This document shows, piece by piece, positions 53,286 to 63,733 of a stretch of DNA of 64,000 bases. Made by a program: the position numbers and the translations under genes. Numbering within the stretch: the first letter of the stretch is position 1; every line of letters begins with the position of its first letter. The notes under the pieces were generated by a model. That model was not told the DNA's origin and did no database searches. It saw only the letters and a list, made by a program, of their open reading frames with translations. This stretch comes from Sulfolobales archaeon HS-7 (GTDB taxonomy: Archaea > Thermoproteota > Thermoprotei_A > Sulfolobales > Sulfolobaceae), in NCBI GenBank assembly GCA_019704295.1, contig AP024596.1:256001-320000 (forward strand), given 5' to 3'.

Positions 53286-53859
53286 TTAATATTGAATGAA
53301 CAATAAATGTAATTCACCTTATAAACTAAATTTTTATTGAATAGAGTATCGCAGAACATAATTGGAGGGGTAATACTTAAGCGGGATTACGCGTAGGTTA
53401 TATTTTGGTCATGATTTAATATCACGTAATACTCCAGCAGGACTTAGGTCGGAAGAGTAAATATCTTTTGTAAGGAATTTCTAAGTGAGTTAAAGGATGT
53501 ATTTAGCAGGGATTTCAAGAGCCTCAAGTTTTCCAAGTACAAACCTTTGACTTTCTCCCACGGGGAAAACGCGTACCACTAATGATGAATACAGCAAGTC
53601 CCTACAATGGTTAAGTCTAAAGAGATCCAAGTTGGTCAAGGCTAAGAACGTCAAGGATTACGAGGTGGACGTAAGTAGCATTTTGAATTCGCTGTTCCCA
53701 TAACTGTGTTAGAGGCAAAGCATATAATGCATCGAAAATTTCGAAATTATCCTCAGATATATTCAATAAATTAATTGAATAAATTTAATTCTAGATAAAC
53801 GTGTTTTATAACTTTTAGTTTATTTAGTTATTCACATTAATTACACATTGAAAATTGTC
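53286..53859 (+). mobile_element. GACA-type MITE/IS relic carrying nested copy F
   Basis: Right end ATTAATTACACATTGAAAATTGTC matches the family; left end degenerate (CAATAAATGT...AAACTAAATTTTT). Confidence 0.55.
53555..53732 (+). mobile_element. 176-bp CT-core element, copy F (circular ORF intact)
   Basis: CT-CCCACGGGGAAAACGCGT...TTCCCATAACTGTGTTAGAGGCAAAGCATATAATGC-AT. Confidence 0.85.
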
Positions 53860-54025
53860 GCGAGGACTCCTGAAACTAGGTTCGGTAGCTTACGGAAGGG
53901 AGGTTCTCATCGTATACCGCAATTCTGTGAATAATGCTCTTTTACCCGAGGTCTAAGATGAGTTAAGGTTTTCGTGCCTAAACATTTCCATGAAGGACAT
54001 CACTGACTCACGCTTCCCCTCCAAG

Positions 54026-55660
54026 TTAAGGTGCTTGTTTATATAGAACTCCTGCCCAGTATCCCCTTCCAATAGCCTTTCCTATCGTTGGCTGATCTCT
54101 CCTCCTTTCGCTTATGATTACGTCCGCATCCACTTTCTGCGAAATTACCTTTACTCCGATTTTTGAATATTCCGATGTCAACAAATGTCTTCTGGTTTGA
54201 TCTAATTCCCTCAAGCTGTTTTCGGTAATGTACACATCGTTCCTCTCGCTCCACACAAAGGCATAGTCCTGATAGGCGTAGACGTTAGAGTCAATTAGAA
54301 TTCTCTTACCTGAGTACTCTACGAAGGGCGGGGATTTAGGAGAGGACGTCATATCTAGGCTGTTTTCGGTAACATCTCTCTTACTGTTGAGGTGAACTAT
54401 TACCCCTAACCTTTCGATCTCCGCTTTATAGTAATCAATAAGTTCGTGGAATTCCCTCTTTTTCCAAGGATCCATGAAGAACCTAAACTCCCCTCCTAGG
54501 TCGTCCTCCATTTCATAGAGGGATACCGAGAATCCCCTTTTCGCTAGTGTTATAGACGCCTCAAGACCCGCTATACCGCCGCCGATCACATCAACCTCTC
54601 CTCTTCCTGAAGGTAGCGGGATGGATTCCCATCCAAGTCTAGGGTTAACATCACATCCCACTTCTCTGAAGAGGAACCCCCTGCACAGCTGATTACATCT
54701 TATGCATGGTCTCACGGGTAGGTTAAACCTCACCTTCCTTACCCAATCTGGTTCCGCAAGGAGCTGTCTGCCGATAACTACAGCGTCCGCAAGTTCAAGG
54801 ACTTTCTCAGCGTCTTTTTCCGTTTTAACCGAGCCCACTACGAACAAGGGAATTCCCGGTCTTCCGAACTTCTTAACCTCCTCAAGAAATGCAGGTTCTC
54901 TGTAGTAAAACGGCATTGACGAACCGAGAGGACCGTCTCTCCCCGCTGAAAGGTGGACGTAATCGAGATCCAGCCTGTCGACGATCTTCCTCGCCATCTC
55001 CGGGGTTATCCCGTCGTCAAATTCAGTTACGCTTAACCTCATTCCCAGTGGTAGGGACACGACCTCTCTAATTCTCTTAATGAGTTCTTGAACGAATACC
55101 ACACCGTCGGAGTATTTATCCCTCCTCTTATTGGTAACCGGACTTAGGAATTGAGCTATCAAATACCCGTGAGCTCCATGGAGCTCTATACCGTCAAAGC
55201 CTGCTGACTGAGCCCTCCTTGAAGCCTGAGCGAAGTCCTCGATAACCCTGTCTATGTCTTCCTTAGTCATTTCCCTAACTTCGTCCATAAGCTTTATTGG
55301 TGAGGGGGCAATTGGCGTTGAATTAATCAGTGGTCTTCTCGTCTTCCTCCCTACGTGAACGAGTTGAGTGAAGATCCTAGTTCCTGCGTCGTGAACTGCC
55401 TTAGTTAGCCTATAGAACTTAGGGACTAAGGTATCATCATACAATCCTAGTTGATTTGCAGAACCTCGGGAATCGACGCTGTTCACGTAAGTGTACTCGG
55501 TTATGAGAAGTCCTACATCACTTCTCTCTCTAAAATAGGAGATTAAGGAGTCAGAGGGATACCCCTGCGGAGTACCTAGGTTAGTTATCATAGGGGACAT
55601 TACTACCCTATTCTTTAGTGTTATCCCCCCTACGTTAAGGGTTTGGAATAACAAACTCAT
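54026..55660 (-). CDS. NADH:flavin oxidoreductase (Old Yellow Enzyme; 2,4-dienoyl-CoA reductase-like)
   Basis: LKNRVVMSPM, ELHGAHGYLIAQFLSP, CIRCNQLC Fe-S motif, GGGIAG. Confidence 0.9.
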   Translation of the reverse strand: MSLLFQTLNVGGITLKNRVVMSPMITNLGTPQGYPSDSLISYFRERSDVGLLITEYTYVNSVDSRGSANQLGLYDDTLVPKFYRLTKAVHDAGTRIFTQLVHVGRKTRRPLINSTPIAPSPIKLMDEVREMTKEDIDRVIEDFAQASRRAQSAGFDGIELHGAHGYLIAQFLSPVTNKRRDKYSDGVVFVQELIKRIREVVSLPLGMRLSVTEFDDGITPEMARKIVDRLDLDYVHLSAGRDGPLGSSMPFYYREPAFLEEVKKFGRPGIPLFVVGSVKTEKDAEKVLELADAVVIGRQLLAEPDWVRKVRFNLPVRPCIRCNQLCRGFLFREVGCDVNPRLGWESIPLPSGRGEVDVIGGGIAGLEASITLAKRGFSVSLYEMEDDLGGEFRFFMDPWKKREFHELIDYYKAEIERLGVIVHLNSKRDVTENSLDMTSSPKSPPFVEYSGKRILIDSNVYAYQDYAFVWSERNDVYITENSLRELDQTRRHLLTSEYSKIGVKVISQKVDADVIISERRRDQPTIGKAIGRGYWAGVLYKQAP

Positions 55661-55706
55661 TTCACAGTGCTTCTAGCTCAAAGTTAAAAGGTTTAGGACT
55701 TGTAAT

Positions 55707-57296
55707 TCAACTGGTCATTTTCCTGAGTTCCTTCTTATCTATTTTATTGGTAGAAGTCAGTGGAAGGCTTTGGACGAATATAAAGTCGTCAGGAATCCAC
55801 CACTTCTGGATCTTCCCCTGTTCAGCGAGGTTCTGTAGGAAATTCCTTAAATCCTCCTTAGAAATTGACCCCTTTGGCACGATAAACGCTACAGGTCTCT
55901 CCCCCCACTTCTCATCCTTCTTCCCTATTACAGCTACCTGCCCGACAGACGGATGTGAGGAAATCGCGCTCTCTAAGAGGATTGATGGTATGAACTCTCC
56001 TCCGCTTTTTATAGCGTCCTTCTCCCTATCGACTATATGCAGGTAACCGTACTTATCGAGGAAGCCTAGATCTCCTGTGTGTAGCCATCCCCCTGCCCAT
56101 AACCTCTCGGTCTTCTCCGGATCCTTAAAGTACTCCGTTGCAGTCCAAGGTGCCCTGACTACTATTTCTCCTATTTCCCCTGTCTTCTCAGGTTCCATTG
56201 AGGAGTTAACGATTTTTAATTCAACGAATGGTAGCGGAGTACCTGCAGTTATCTGTTCGGCAAATCTCACCTTTTCCTCCTCATTAATTACCTGGGCGTT
56301 ATAAGTACCTAAAGTAAGTACCGGACAGGTTTCAGACAGTCCGTATCCGCCAATTACAGTTATGCCCATTTGTTTTGCCGTATTTGCTAAACCCTCAGGC
56401 AAGGCCGAACCTCCTATCACTACCTTCCATTTCTTTAGGTGGTTAACGTATTTACCCACTTCCTCGTGCGAGAGAATCATGTAGAGTATCGTAGGTACCA
56501 TAGCTGAGTAGGTTACATTGTATTTGCCTATTAATTCGAGTTCCGCTTTAGGGTCGTACCTACCGGGGAGAACATATGCTGAACCCGTCATCATGAAGAT
56601 ATATGGATGTCCCCAGGAGTGGACGTGAAACATCGGAACTAAAATCATGTAAACGTCGTTATTGTTTAAGTTTAACGGGGGTCGAGTTCCCGCAAGGGCT
56701 ACCGCTTCAGCGTGGTAAATTAGCTGTTTGTGAGTAAACCAGACGCCCTTAGGTTCCCCTGTAGTTCCTGAGGTGTAAAATATCGTTGCCATATCGTTCT
56801 CAGACACGTCAGGACTGTTAAGGGGTTCCTCGTTAAGGAGTTCCCAGAAATTAGTTGGATTAAGTGGACTCTTTGGAGTTTCCTTACTCTCACTGTAGGC
56901 TATGAGTCCTACGGACTTTAGGTAATCCTTACCCTTTTCTAGGAGTGGGAGGAACTCATCCCTCACGATGATCCATCTGTCTTCGGCGTGTAGCATCGTT
57001 TTCAGTATTAATTCCGGAGGATAACGGATGTTTACCGTGTGTAGAACGCCTCCCGACAATGGTACTCCATAATAACTTAGGAGATATACGTCCGTATCCC
57101 AGTCAATTACCGCCACTCTGTCTCCCCTCTTTACCCCGAGTTTTCTTAAGCTATTAGCCAACGCTAATGCCTTCTCCCTGAATTCCGAGAAGGTGTATTC
57201 CCTTAGATCTCGGTAATAGATCTTCTGAGATGGGAAGGTCTCTGCACCTGTATTCAGGACCTTTTCCAATGTTAATTCGAATTTAAAAGCTCGCAT
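55707..57296 (-). CDS. fatty-acid--CoA ligase
   Basis: YTSGTTGEPKG, GYGLSET, LHTGD, IKSGGE. Confidence 0.93.
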   Translation of the reverse strand: MRAFKFELTLEKVLNTGAETFPSQKIYYRDLREYTFSEFREKALALANSLRKLGVKRGDRVAVIDWDTDVYLLSYYGVPLSGGVLHTVNIRYPPELILKTMLHAEDRWIIVRDEFLPLLEKGKDYLKSVGLIAYSESKETPKSPLNPTNFWELLNEEPLNSPDVSENDMATIFYTSGTTGEPKGVWFTHKQLIYHAEAVALAGTRPPLNLNNNDVYMILVPMFHVHSWGHPYIFMMTGSAYVLPGRYDPKAELELIGKYNVTYSAMVPTILYMILSHEEVGKYVNHLKKWKVVIGGSALPEGLANTAKQMGITVIGGYGLSETCPVLTLGTYNAQVINEEEKVRFAEQITAGTPLPFVELKIVNSSMEPEKTGEIGEIVVRAPWTATEYFKDPEKTERLWAGGWLHTGDLGFLDKYGYLHIVDREKDAIKSGGEFIPSILLESAISSHPSVGQVAVIGKKDEKWGERPVAFIVPKGSISKEDLRNFLQNLAEQGKIQKWWIPDDFIFVQSLPLTSTNKIDKKELRKMTS

Positions 57297-57394
57297 AAAG
57301 CCTTAGTCGAGTCTAATATTAAAAAATTTCCTAACTATATATAAAAATTTTCGTTGTCAAGGAAGTTTTTTAAGTGCTTAAGAGATATATCTTC

Positions 57395-58594
57395 ATGGTA
57401 GCACCGTTTAGGGATTCGGAGACGTTTAGCGTAACGGTCTCCGAGGACCATGAATTATTTAGAAGGAGCGTAAGGGAATTTCTGGAAAGAGACGTAATGC
57501 CATACGTGGAGAAAGGGGAAAGAGAGGGAACAATACCGGAAGAAGTCCTACAGTCGATAAATCAGATGGGCCTAACGGGCATTTCAATACCTAAAGAATA
57601 CGGAGGTCAGGGAGGGGACATGCTCTCAACTGTAATACTTACTGAGGAAATAACTAGGGTATGGCCTTCTCTAGCGGCTAGACTCGGAATAGTATCGCTA
57701 TTTTCCATTCCTATACTTTTACACGGTACGGAGGAGCAGAAGAAAAGGTACATCCCCCCAGTTGCAAAGGGAGAGAAGACTCCTGCTTTAGCGAACACAG
57801 AACCAACCGGAGGTTCAGACGTTGCCGGTATGAAATCCCTAGCAAAGAGGATAAACGATCATTACGTAATCAACGGCAGGAAGATATTCATAACTAACGG
57901 AGGAATAGCGGATTATTACGTGGTTACAGCCAGGACTTCGCCTCCAGGAGATAAAAGGTGGAAGGGAATATCTATGTTTATAGTAGAAAGGGAAATGCCG
58001 GGCGTCAAGGTTGTGGGGAGAATTGAAACCATGGGGTTAAAGTCGTCAAACACTGCGGAATTAGCCTTCGAAGAGGTAAAAGTTCCGGCTGAGAACTTAA
58101 TTGGAGAAGAGGGAATGGGATTTATGTACGCAATGGAGACATTCGATGGGAGTAGGCCGGGAGTTGCAGCGCAGGGGCTTGGGGTTGCTCAGGCAGCAGT
58201 TGAGAAAATGGCAAGTTACGCCATACAGAGAAGTGCCTTCGATGCCCCACTCATATCTTACCAAATGGTACAGGAGAAAATTGCGGAGTCTTTAACCGAG
58301 ATATCAGCGGCTAGACTTCTAACTTACTGGGCTGCCACACTCCATGATAAGGGACGAAAGGACGAGGCGATCATTGCCTCCTCTATGGCTAAATATTTCG
58401 CAACTGAGGTGGCAGAGAAAATCGTATTGAGAGCTATATCAATACACGGCGGATATGGGGTTACAACTTCTACAGGTGTGGAAAGACTCCTACGAGACAT
58501 TGAAATTATGAAGATCTACGAAGGGGCTAACGATATTCAAAAACTAGTAATAATTAGGGAGACTGCAAGGAGACTTCTTGGAATAAAAATGTGA
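57395..58594 (+). CDS. acyl-CoA dehydrogenase
   Basis: [33 protein letters not shown]. Confidence 0.94.
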   Translation: MVAPFRDSETFSVTVSEDHELFRRSVREFLERDVMPYVEKGEREGTIPEEVLQSINQMGLTGISIPKEYGGQGGDMLSTVILTEEITRVWPSLAARLGIVSLFSIPILLHGTEEQKKRYIPPVAKGEKTPALANTEPTGGSDVAGMKSLAKRINDHYVINGRKIFITNGGIADYYVVTARTSPPGDKRWKGISMFIVEREMPGVKVVGRIETMGLKSSNTAELAFEEVKVPAENLIGEEGMGFMYAMETFDGSRPGVAAQGLGVAQAAVEKMASYAIQRSAFDAPLISYQMVQEKIAESLTEISAARLLTYWAATLHDKGRKDEAIIASSMAKYFATEVAEKIVLRAISIHGGYGVTTSTGVERLLRDIEIMKIYEGANDIQKLVIIRETARRLLGIKM

Positions 58595-60040
58595 TCAGAG
58601 TTCTAGTGAGATTAGTTTAGACTCAGTCATGCCAAGAATGGTGTTCCTCACACCTTCCTTATTTCCAAGTCCGCTCATTTTAACGCCACCGAACGGGAGT
58701 GCATCCCATCGAAGCCTAGTGGAGTTGTTAATCATTACTGCTCCGAACTCCATCTCCTGAGCTACTCTTAAACCTCTCCTTACATCAGCCGTAAACATCG
58801 ACGATTGTAACCCGTAGTGAGTGGAATTGGCGATTTCGACTGCCTCCTCCTCAGTGCTGAATTTCGCAATGGGGGCTATGGGTCCAAAAACCTCCTCCTT
58901 CATGGAGGAAAGTGAAAGGTCAGCGTTTACAATAATCGAGAGTGGGAAATAATACCCCTTTGAAGGTGGATTCTGCAGCCTCAATATCGTCTTTCCCTTC
59001 TCCTCCGCGTCCGTAACGAATTTCCTCATGCTCTCCACTGCGTCCTTGGAGATCAGAGGACCAACGTCTGTTTCCTCAGAAAGGGCGTCTCCAACTCTAA
59101 ATTTAGCAACCTCTGTTCTGTAAAGCTCTACGAACTTGTCGTAAATCTTCTCATGTACAATAATCCTCTTTCCCGCATTGCAGTTCTGTCCCGCATACTC
59201 GAACCTAGCCTTGGCGATTATAGGAACGGCTTTCGAGAGATCTGCGTCGTCAAATACAATAACTGGATCTGAACCGCCCATTTCCATCATTATTTTCTTT
59301 CCTGTTAGAACGGCCTTTGACGCTATCTCAGTTCCCGTCACTGTGGAACCTGTAAAGGTTATTCCTGCGACTCTCATGTCCTTGATCAACGGCTCCGCTA
59401 CCACCTTGGAGGGTCCTACGAGCACGCTTAGAACTCCCTTTGGTAGTCCTGCCTCGTACAGTATTTTACCCATCTCAATTGCTGAAAGGGGAGTAAGCGT
59501 TGATGGCTTAACTATAATTGTATTTCCAGCCATAATATTGGGGGCGACTTTATGAGCGAAACTGTTTGCAGGGAAATTAAACGGAAGTATGGCTAACACT
59601 ACTCCTATAGGTTCCCTAACCTCCATGACTATTCTGTTTTCGTTACCAGGGGGATACTCATAAGCGTCGACCCTGTGAACTTTCCCCTCAAGGACGAACC
59701 TGGTCTCTTCGGCAGCTATCCTAAACACAGAGATGGCCCTTAAAATCTCTACACGAGAGTCCTTTATCGGTTTCCCGGCCTCCATGGCAAGAACTCTGGC
59801 TAAATGTTCCCTTTTTTCCTCAATGATCTTAACTGCGTTTAGTAAAATCTTTGCCCTATCCTTTAATGACGTTCGCTTGAACTTGTGAAATGCCGAAATT
59901 GCCTCCTCTAGTGCCTTCTCCGCCACAGATTCGGAAGTAATTGAGGAAACCTTCTCGAAGGGTTCCCCTGATGACGGATTAACCACCTCTAAGTAGTTGG
60001 TGTCCTGAACCTCTTCTCCTGCTAAAATGTATCCTTTCAT
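58595..60040 (-). CDS. NAD(P)-dependent aldehyde dehydrogenase
   Basis: PFNFP, FTGS, EMGG, GQNC, EEVFGP, PFGG. Confidence 0.93.
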   Translation of the reverse strand: MKGYILAGEEVQDTNYLEVVNPSSGEPFEKVSSITSESVAEKALEEAISAFHKFKRTSLKDRAKILLNAVKIIEEKREHLARVLAMEAGKPIKDSRVEILRAISVFRIAAEETRFVLEGKVHRVDAYEYPPGNENRIVMEVREPIGVVLAILPFNFPANSFAHKVAPNIMAGNTIIVKPSTLTPLSAIEMGKILYEAGLPKGVLSVLVGPSKVVAEPLIKDMRVAGITFTGSTVTGTEIASKAVLTGKKIMMEMGGSDPVIVFDDADLSKAVPIIAKARFEYAGQNCNAGKRIIVHEKIYDKFVELYRTEVAKFRVGDALSEETDVGPLISKDAVESMRKFVTDAEEKGKTILRLQNPPSKGYYFPLSIIVNADLSLSSMKEEVFGPIAPIAKFSTEEEAVEIANSTHYGLQSSMFTADVRRGLRVAQEMEFGAVMINNSTRLRWDALPFGGVKMSGLGNKEGVRNTILGMTESKLISLEL

Positions 60041-60159
60041 AATGTACCTCTTATCCTAGGGAATATAATTTTACTGCAGACAGAGTTGTAGAACCTATCC
60101 GTACAATACCAGGTACCTGCGCTTTCCACACTAAAACTTAGTTATTTTTTAGCTTGTGA

Positions 60160-60921
60160 TCACCTTCCCTTAAATACAGGTTCTCTTTTCTCAAGAAAAG
60201 CCCTTAGCCCTTCCTTAAAGTCCTCTGTCCGACTTAAGTAATCCTGTAATAACGCCTCGTACTCCAAGAACTCCTCGAAATCTCTAAAAGCCGTCTGATT
60301 TATCATTCTCTTAGCTGCGATAAAGGCCCTTGCTGGTCCGGAAGATATCCTTTTGGCAAGCGCTAAAGCCTCACTAACGGGATCGTCAACTACCTTACCT
60401 AAGCCCCCCCTTTCCAATTCCTCATCGCTTATTTCGCCTCCCTCAAGAACATACTTGGTGAATTTGGGACCACCTAACTTGTAGAGAATATATGCCGCCC
60501 CAGAATCTGGCGCCAATCCCAATTTCTGAAATGCCGTAGAGAACTTGGTTCCCCTTTTGATCAATACGTAATCTGAGACTAGGGCAAAGCTTATGCATGC
60601 ACCTGCAGTTATTCCGTTAACAGCTGCAATGTAAATCTTGTCGCTGTACCTGATTAACTTCACTATTTTATGAAAGGTCTTTCTAAGGTCTTCTGCAATA
60701 TCCTGTGCCATCTCCCTTACGTCGGCACCCACGCAGAAAGCCCTTCCCTCACCAGTTAGGATCACCGCGGGAACTTCGCTTCTATTTGACCTTTCCAGTG
60801 CGTCTATTAGCTCAGTTCTCATTTGAAGATTCAGCGCATTAAGCTTCTCCTGTCTGTTCATCCTTATGAGTATTGCCCCTTCCTTTTCTTCAGTTGTGAC
60901 GAACAAGGAATTCACCCCCAT
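60160..60921 (-). CDS. enoyl-CoA hydratase/isomerase family protein
   Basis: LNAL, AFCVGAD, LGLAPD, EGLRAFLEKREPVF. Confidence 0.9.
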   Translation of the reverse strand: MGVNSLFVTTEEKEGAILIRMNRQEKLNALNLQMRTELIDALERSNRSEVPAVILTGEGRAFCVGADVREMAQDIAEDLRKTFHKIVKLIRYSDKIYIAAVNGITAGACISFALVSDYVLIKRGTKFSTAFQKLGLAPDSGAAYILYKLGGPKFTKYVLEGGEISDEELERGGLGKVVDDPVSEALALAKRISSGPARAFIAAKRMINQTAFRDFEEFLEYEALLQDYLSRTEDFKEGLRAFLEKREPVFKGR

Positions 60922-61445
60922 GGTTCAAATTCGTAGGTAAGATAACCCTCTGGGTCCCTTTCAACTACATTTAGCTTTACCCTCTCCCCCACTTTAGGTT
61001 GATCTTTACCTCTGTACCATGCCGTTACGTTAACGCCGTTACTCATTCTCGCCACTACTACGTAATAGTCAGGGTAATGTGAGAACGATACGGGCTTTAC
61101 GAATATCTTAGTAAATGCCACTACCTCCCCTTCAGCGGGCATTTCAATCCACTCAAGATCGGAAGACCTACACTTGGAACAGTCGGCTTGAGGGGGGAAG
61201 TAAATCGCACCGCATTTAGGACATTTAGTTGCCATAACCTTCCCCTTACCCAGGCCCTCATAGAACTTGTAAATTTTCTTTACTGGAATCTGATATCGGA
61301 GGTCTAATTCCCTTACGTCCACCCATAAGGGAGAACCGTTTTTATCCGTTATTATTGGAAGTTTGGTGATCTTAACGAGCTGATCAAGTTGGGTTAGGGA
61401 TTTGTCGATTTCCTCCTGAATCCTTCTCCTGGTGTCGGTTATCAA
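60912..61445 (-). CDS. DUF35 Zn-ribbon/OB-fold thiolase-associated protein
   Basis: CPKCGAIYFPPQADCSKC followed by an OB fold; follows the thiolase. Confidence 0.9.
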   Translation of the reverse strand: MITDTRRRIQEEIDKSLTQLDQLVKITKLPIITDKNGSPLWVDVRELDLRYQIPVKKIYKFYEGLGKGKVMATKCPKCGAIYFPPQADCSKCRSSDLEWIEMPAEGEVVAFTKIFVKPVSFSHYPDYYVVVARMSNGVNVTAWYRGKDQPKVGERVKLNVVERDPEGYLTYEFEPWG

Positions 61446-62635
61446 TTTCCTGGCCTCCTTGTAGAGTATATCGTTACGTAGGCGTAATGACCAGTTCCTC
61501 CTACATTATGAGATAATGCCCTTCCGTTCCTAATGGTAGCCTGAGTACCTTTAGGAGCTCTCCCCAGTAATTGCCTTGCCATGGAGACGGCCATGCTGAC
61601 GCCAGTAGCTCCTATCGGATGTCCTTTCGCCTTTAACCCTCCGTCAACATTTACGGGTATTTTACCCCCTATCTTCGTCTGACCTTCCCTAATTAGCTTA
61701 ACGCCTTCTCCCCTGTTCGCGAACCCCAGATCCTCGTACGCGAGTATTTCCGCTATAGTAAAACAGTCGTGAACATCTGCTACGTCCATGGACTTCCAAG
61801 GTTCTGAGTCATCGATCTTCGCCCTCTTGTACGCCTCTTTGGCCGCAATCCTAGCGGCTTCAATTGAGGTAAAGTCGTCTCTCCTGCTTAAGTTTGCAGA
61901 ACCTGACGCAGCAGCCTGAGCTTCTATCCATATCGGACTATCCGTATATTTCTTAACTACCTCTTCGGACGCTAAAACCACGGCTGCTGCACCATCGGTA
62001 ATTGGTGAAGAGTCCAGAAGCTTTAAGGGATAAGCGACCATCCGGGACTTAAGGTATTCCTCCATTGTAATCTCCTTTCCGTAAAACTGTGCGTAGGGGT
62101 TCATTGATCCATAATGATGATTTTTGATTGCAACTAAACCTAGATCTTCCTCCTTTGCACCGTACTTAGCCATATACGCTGTGGCGTAAAGCGCGTAATA
62201 ACCAGGAAAAGTAAGACCTGAGTTCTCAAACTCCCAGAAGTAGTTTCCCGCTCTTCCTATTAATTCAACTACAGTAGGGTTTGGGGATTGATGCATTTGT
62301 TCCACACCTATAGCTATGGCAATGTCAACCTCTCCCGATTTTATTGCCAAATAGGCGTCCCTCAATGCGGCGCTCCCTGTGGCACACGCAGCCTCAACCC
62401 TCATAGTGCCCTTTGGGTTAAGACCGCAGTATTCGCCAACGACTATTGCTGGAAGATTTTCGGAACTCCATGCCCCCGCATTTCCTACTGTAAAGAATTC
62501 CACGTCTTTTTGTTCAACACCAGATTCCTCTAAAGCCTGAGATACTGCTTCCCACGCAAGTTCCTGCATGTTTACGTCTGTTCTAACTCCAAACTTTGAG
62601 TGCCCTGTACCTATAATTGCTACATTTCTAGTCAT
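61442..62635 (-). CDS. thiolase (acetyl-CoA C-acyltransferase, archaeal SCP-x type)
   Basis: EAACATG, DGAAA, HDCF, GHPIGATG. Confidence 0.93.
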   Translation of the reverse strand: MTRNVAIIGTGHSKFGVRTDVNMQELAWEAVSQALEESGVEQKDVEFFTVGNAGAWSSENLPAIVVGEYCGLNPKGTMRVEAACATGSAALRDAYLAIKSGEVDIAIAIGVEQMHQSPNPTVVELIGRAGNYFWEFENSGLTFPGYYALYATAYMAKYGAKEEDLGLVAIKNHHYGSMNPYAQFYGKEITMEEYLKSRMVAYPLKLLDSSPITDGAAAVVLASEEVVKKYTDSPIWIEAQAAASGSANLSRRDDFTSIEAARIAAKEAYKRAKIDDSEPWKSMDVADVHDCFTIAEILAYEDLGFANRGEGVKLIREGQTKIGGKIPVNVDGGLKAKGHPIGATGVSMAVSMARQLLGRAPKGTQATIRNGRALSHNVGGTGHYAYVTIYSTRRPGN

Positions 62636-63070
62636 AATTAAATATCGAATAGGCGACATTTAACGCTATTCCGCTGCACTGACACCTTCATTCCGAGTTA
62701 GGCTTTTCCCCTAATTTTACGTAACTGTCATTGTCAGTCGTAATATGTCCTTGCCTAACTTAAAATCCCTCGATTAGACGTTACCTGAACCCTAAAACAG
62801 TGAAGATGCTATATTCCTTAAGGGTTTCACGCGGTTATAATGAAAGACTTTTTAATCCTACAAATTTGCTAATCCTACAAATTTGCCAAGGTGAGTTTAA
62901 CTCTAACGTAACTTCCTAAAACCTTGAAGTTAATCACCTAGTATCAGTTCATCTAATTTTAGAGTTATGAAATCCGGACGGTTGGAGGATAAGGAGTCTA
63001 AGGACTTGTTAAGGGAATGAACGAGGGTAAAATCCTTCTTCTATTGAAAAAATATTAGTGAGGAGGGGTT

Positions 63071-63733
63071 TCATCTCCCCCTAAAGGACAGACGCAATAT
63101 GAATGCAAACCAACTCGCTATCTCCTTAATACCGAGTTTGCTTTTCCCCACTTTTCTATCAACGAAAATTATTGGATACTCCTTTATAACAAGTCCCCCC
63201 TTTTTTACGTAAAAGACGCTGCAAATTTGGAACTCATACCCGTTTGCCGACAGACAATTTATAGCCGCTTCCGCCGCCTTTCTTCCATAGACCCTAAAGT
63301 TTGATGTATTATCCTTTACTCCAGTTTGAAGGAGAATTCTCGCAAGGGCGTTTGCCCCGAAACTTATTACCCTTCTCGAGAGGGGCCACGCGCGAACTCC
63401 TCCTCCCTTGACGTACCGTGAACCTATAACTAAATCGGCATCGATTGAAAACATCTCTTTCAAATAAACGGGGTCGTGAGAAAGGTCTGCGTCCATTGTA
63501 GCTATCTTAGTACATTCCTCCTCTAACCCCCTTTTCATCCCATCCCTTAATGCCCCTCCTAAACCCCTTTCGTTCCTTAGGATGAGTTCCGCGCCTAGTG
63601 ATTTCGCCAGTGAGCCCGTTCCGTCGGGACTATTATCATCAACGACTATAACGTGTGCTATTTCCTTCACTTTGCTAAGGAGTTTCTCAATATTTTCCCT
63701 CTCATTATATGTGGGTATTACTATGCAGTTCAA
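63071..63733 (-). CDS. DPM1-like polyprenol-phosphate glycosyltransferase (GT2)
   Basis: IPTYNE, VDDNSPDGT, MDADLSH, GSRY. Confidence 0.9.
   Translation of the reverse strand: MNCIVIPTYNERENIEKLLSKVKEIAHVIVVDDNSPDGTGSLAKSLGAELILRNERGLGGALRDGMKRGLEEECTKIATMDADLSHDPVYLKEMFSIDADLVIGSRYVKGGGVRAWPLSRRVISFGANALARILLQTGVKDNTSNFRVYGRKAAEAAINCLSANGYEFQICSVFYVKKGGLVIKEYPIIFVDRKVGKSKLGIKEIASWFAFILRLSFRGR

Noticed and set aside
3424-53732. Idea that the 176-bp copies carry reprogrammed bridge-RNA guides matching their own targets
   Set aside because: No consistent match between flanks and internal variable positions by eye; the variation follows codon structure instead. Needs more copies to exclude.
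62853-62886. Direct repeat TAATCCTACAAATTTGC x2, faintly like Sulfolobus CRISPR repeats
   Set aside because: Only two adjacent 17-bp units, no spacer and no cas genes; a simple tandem duplication.
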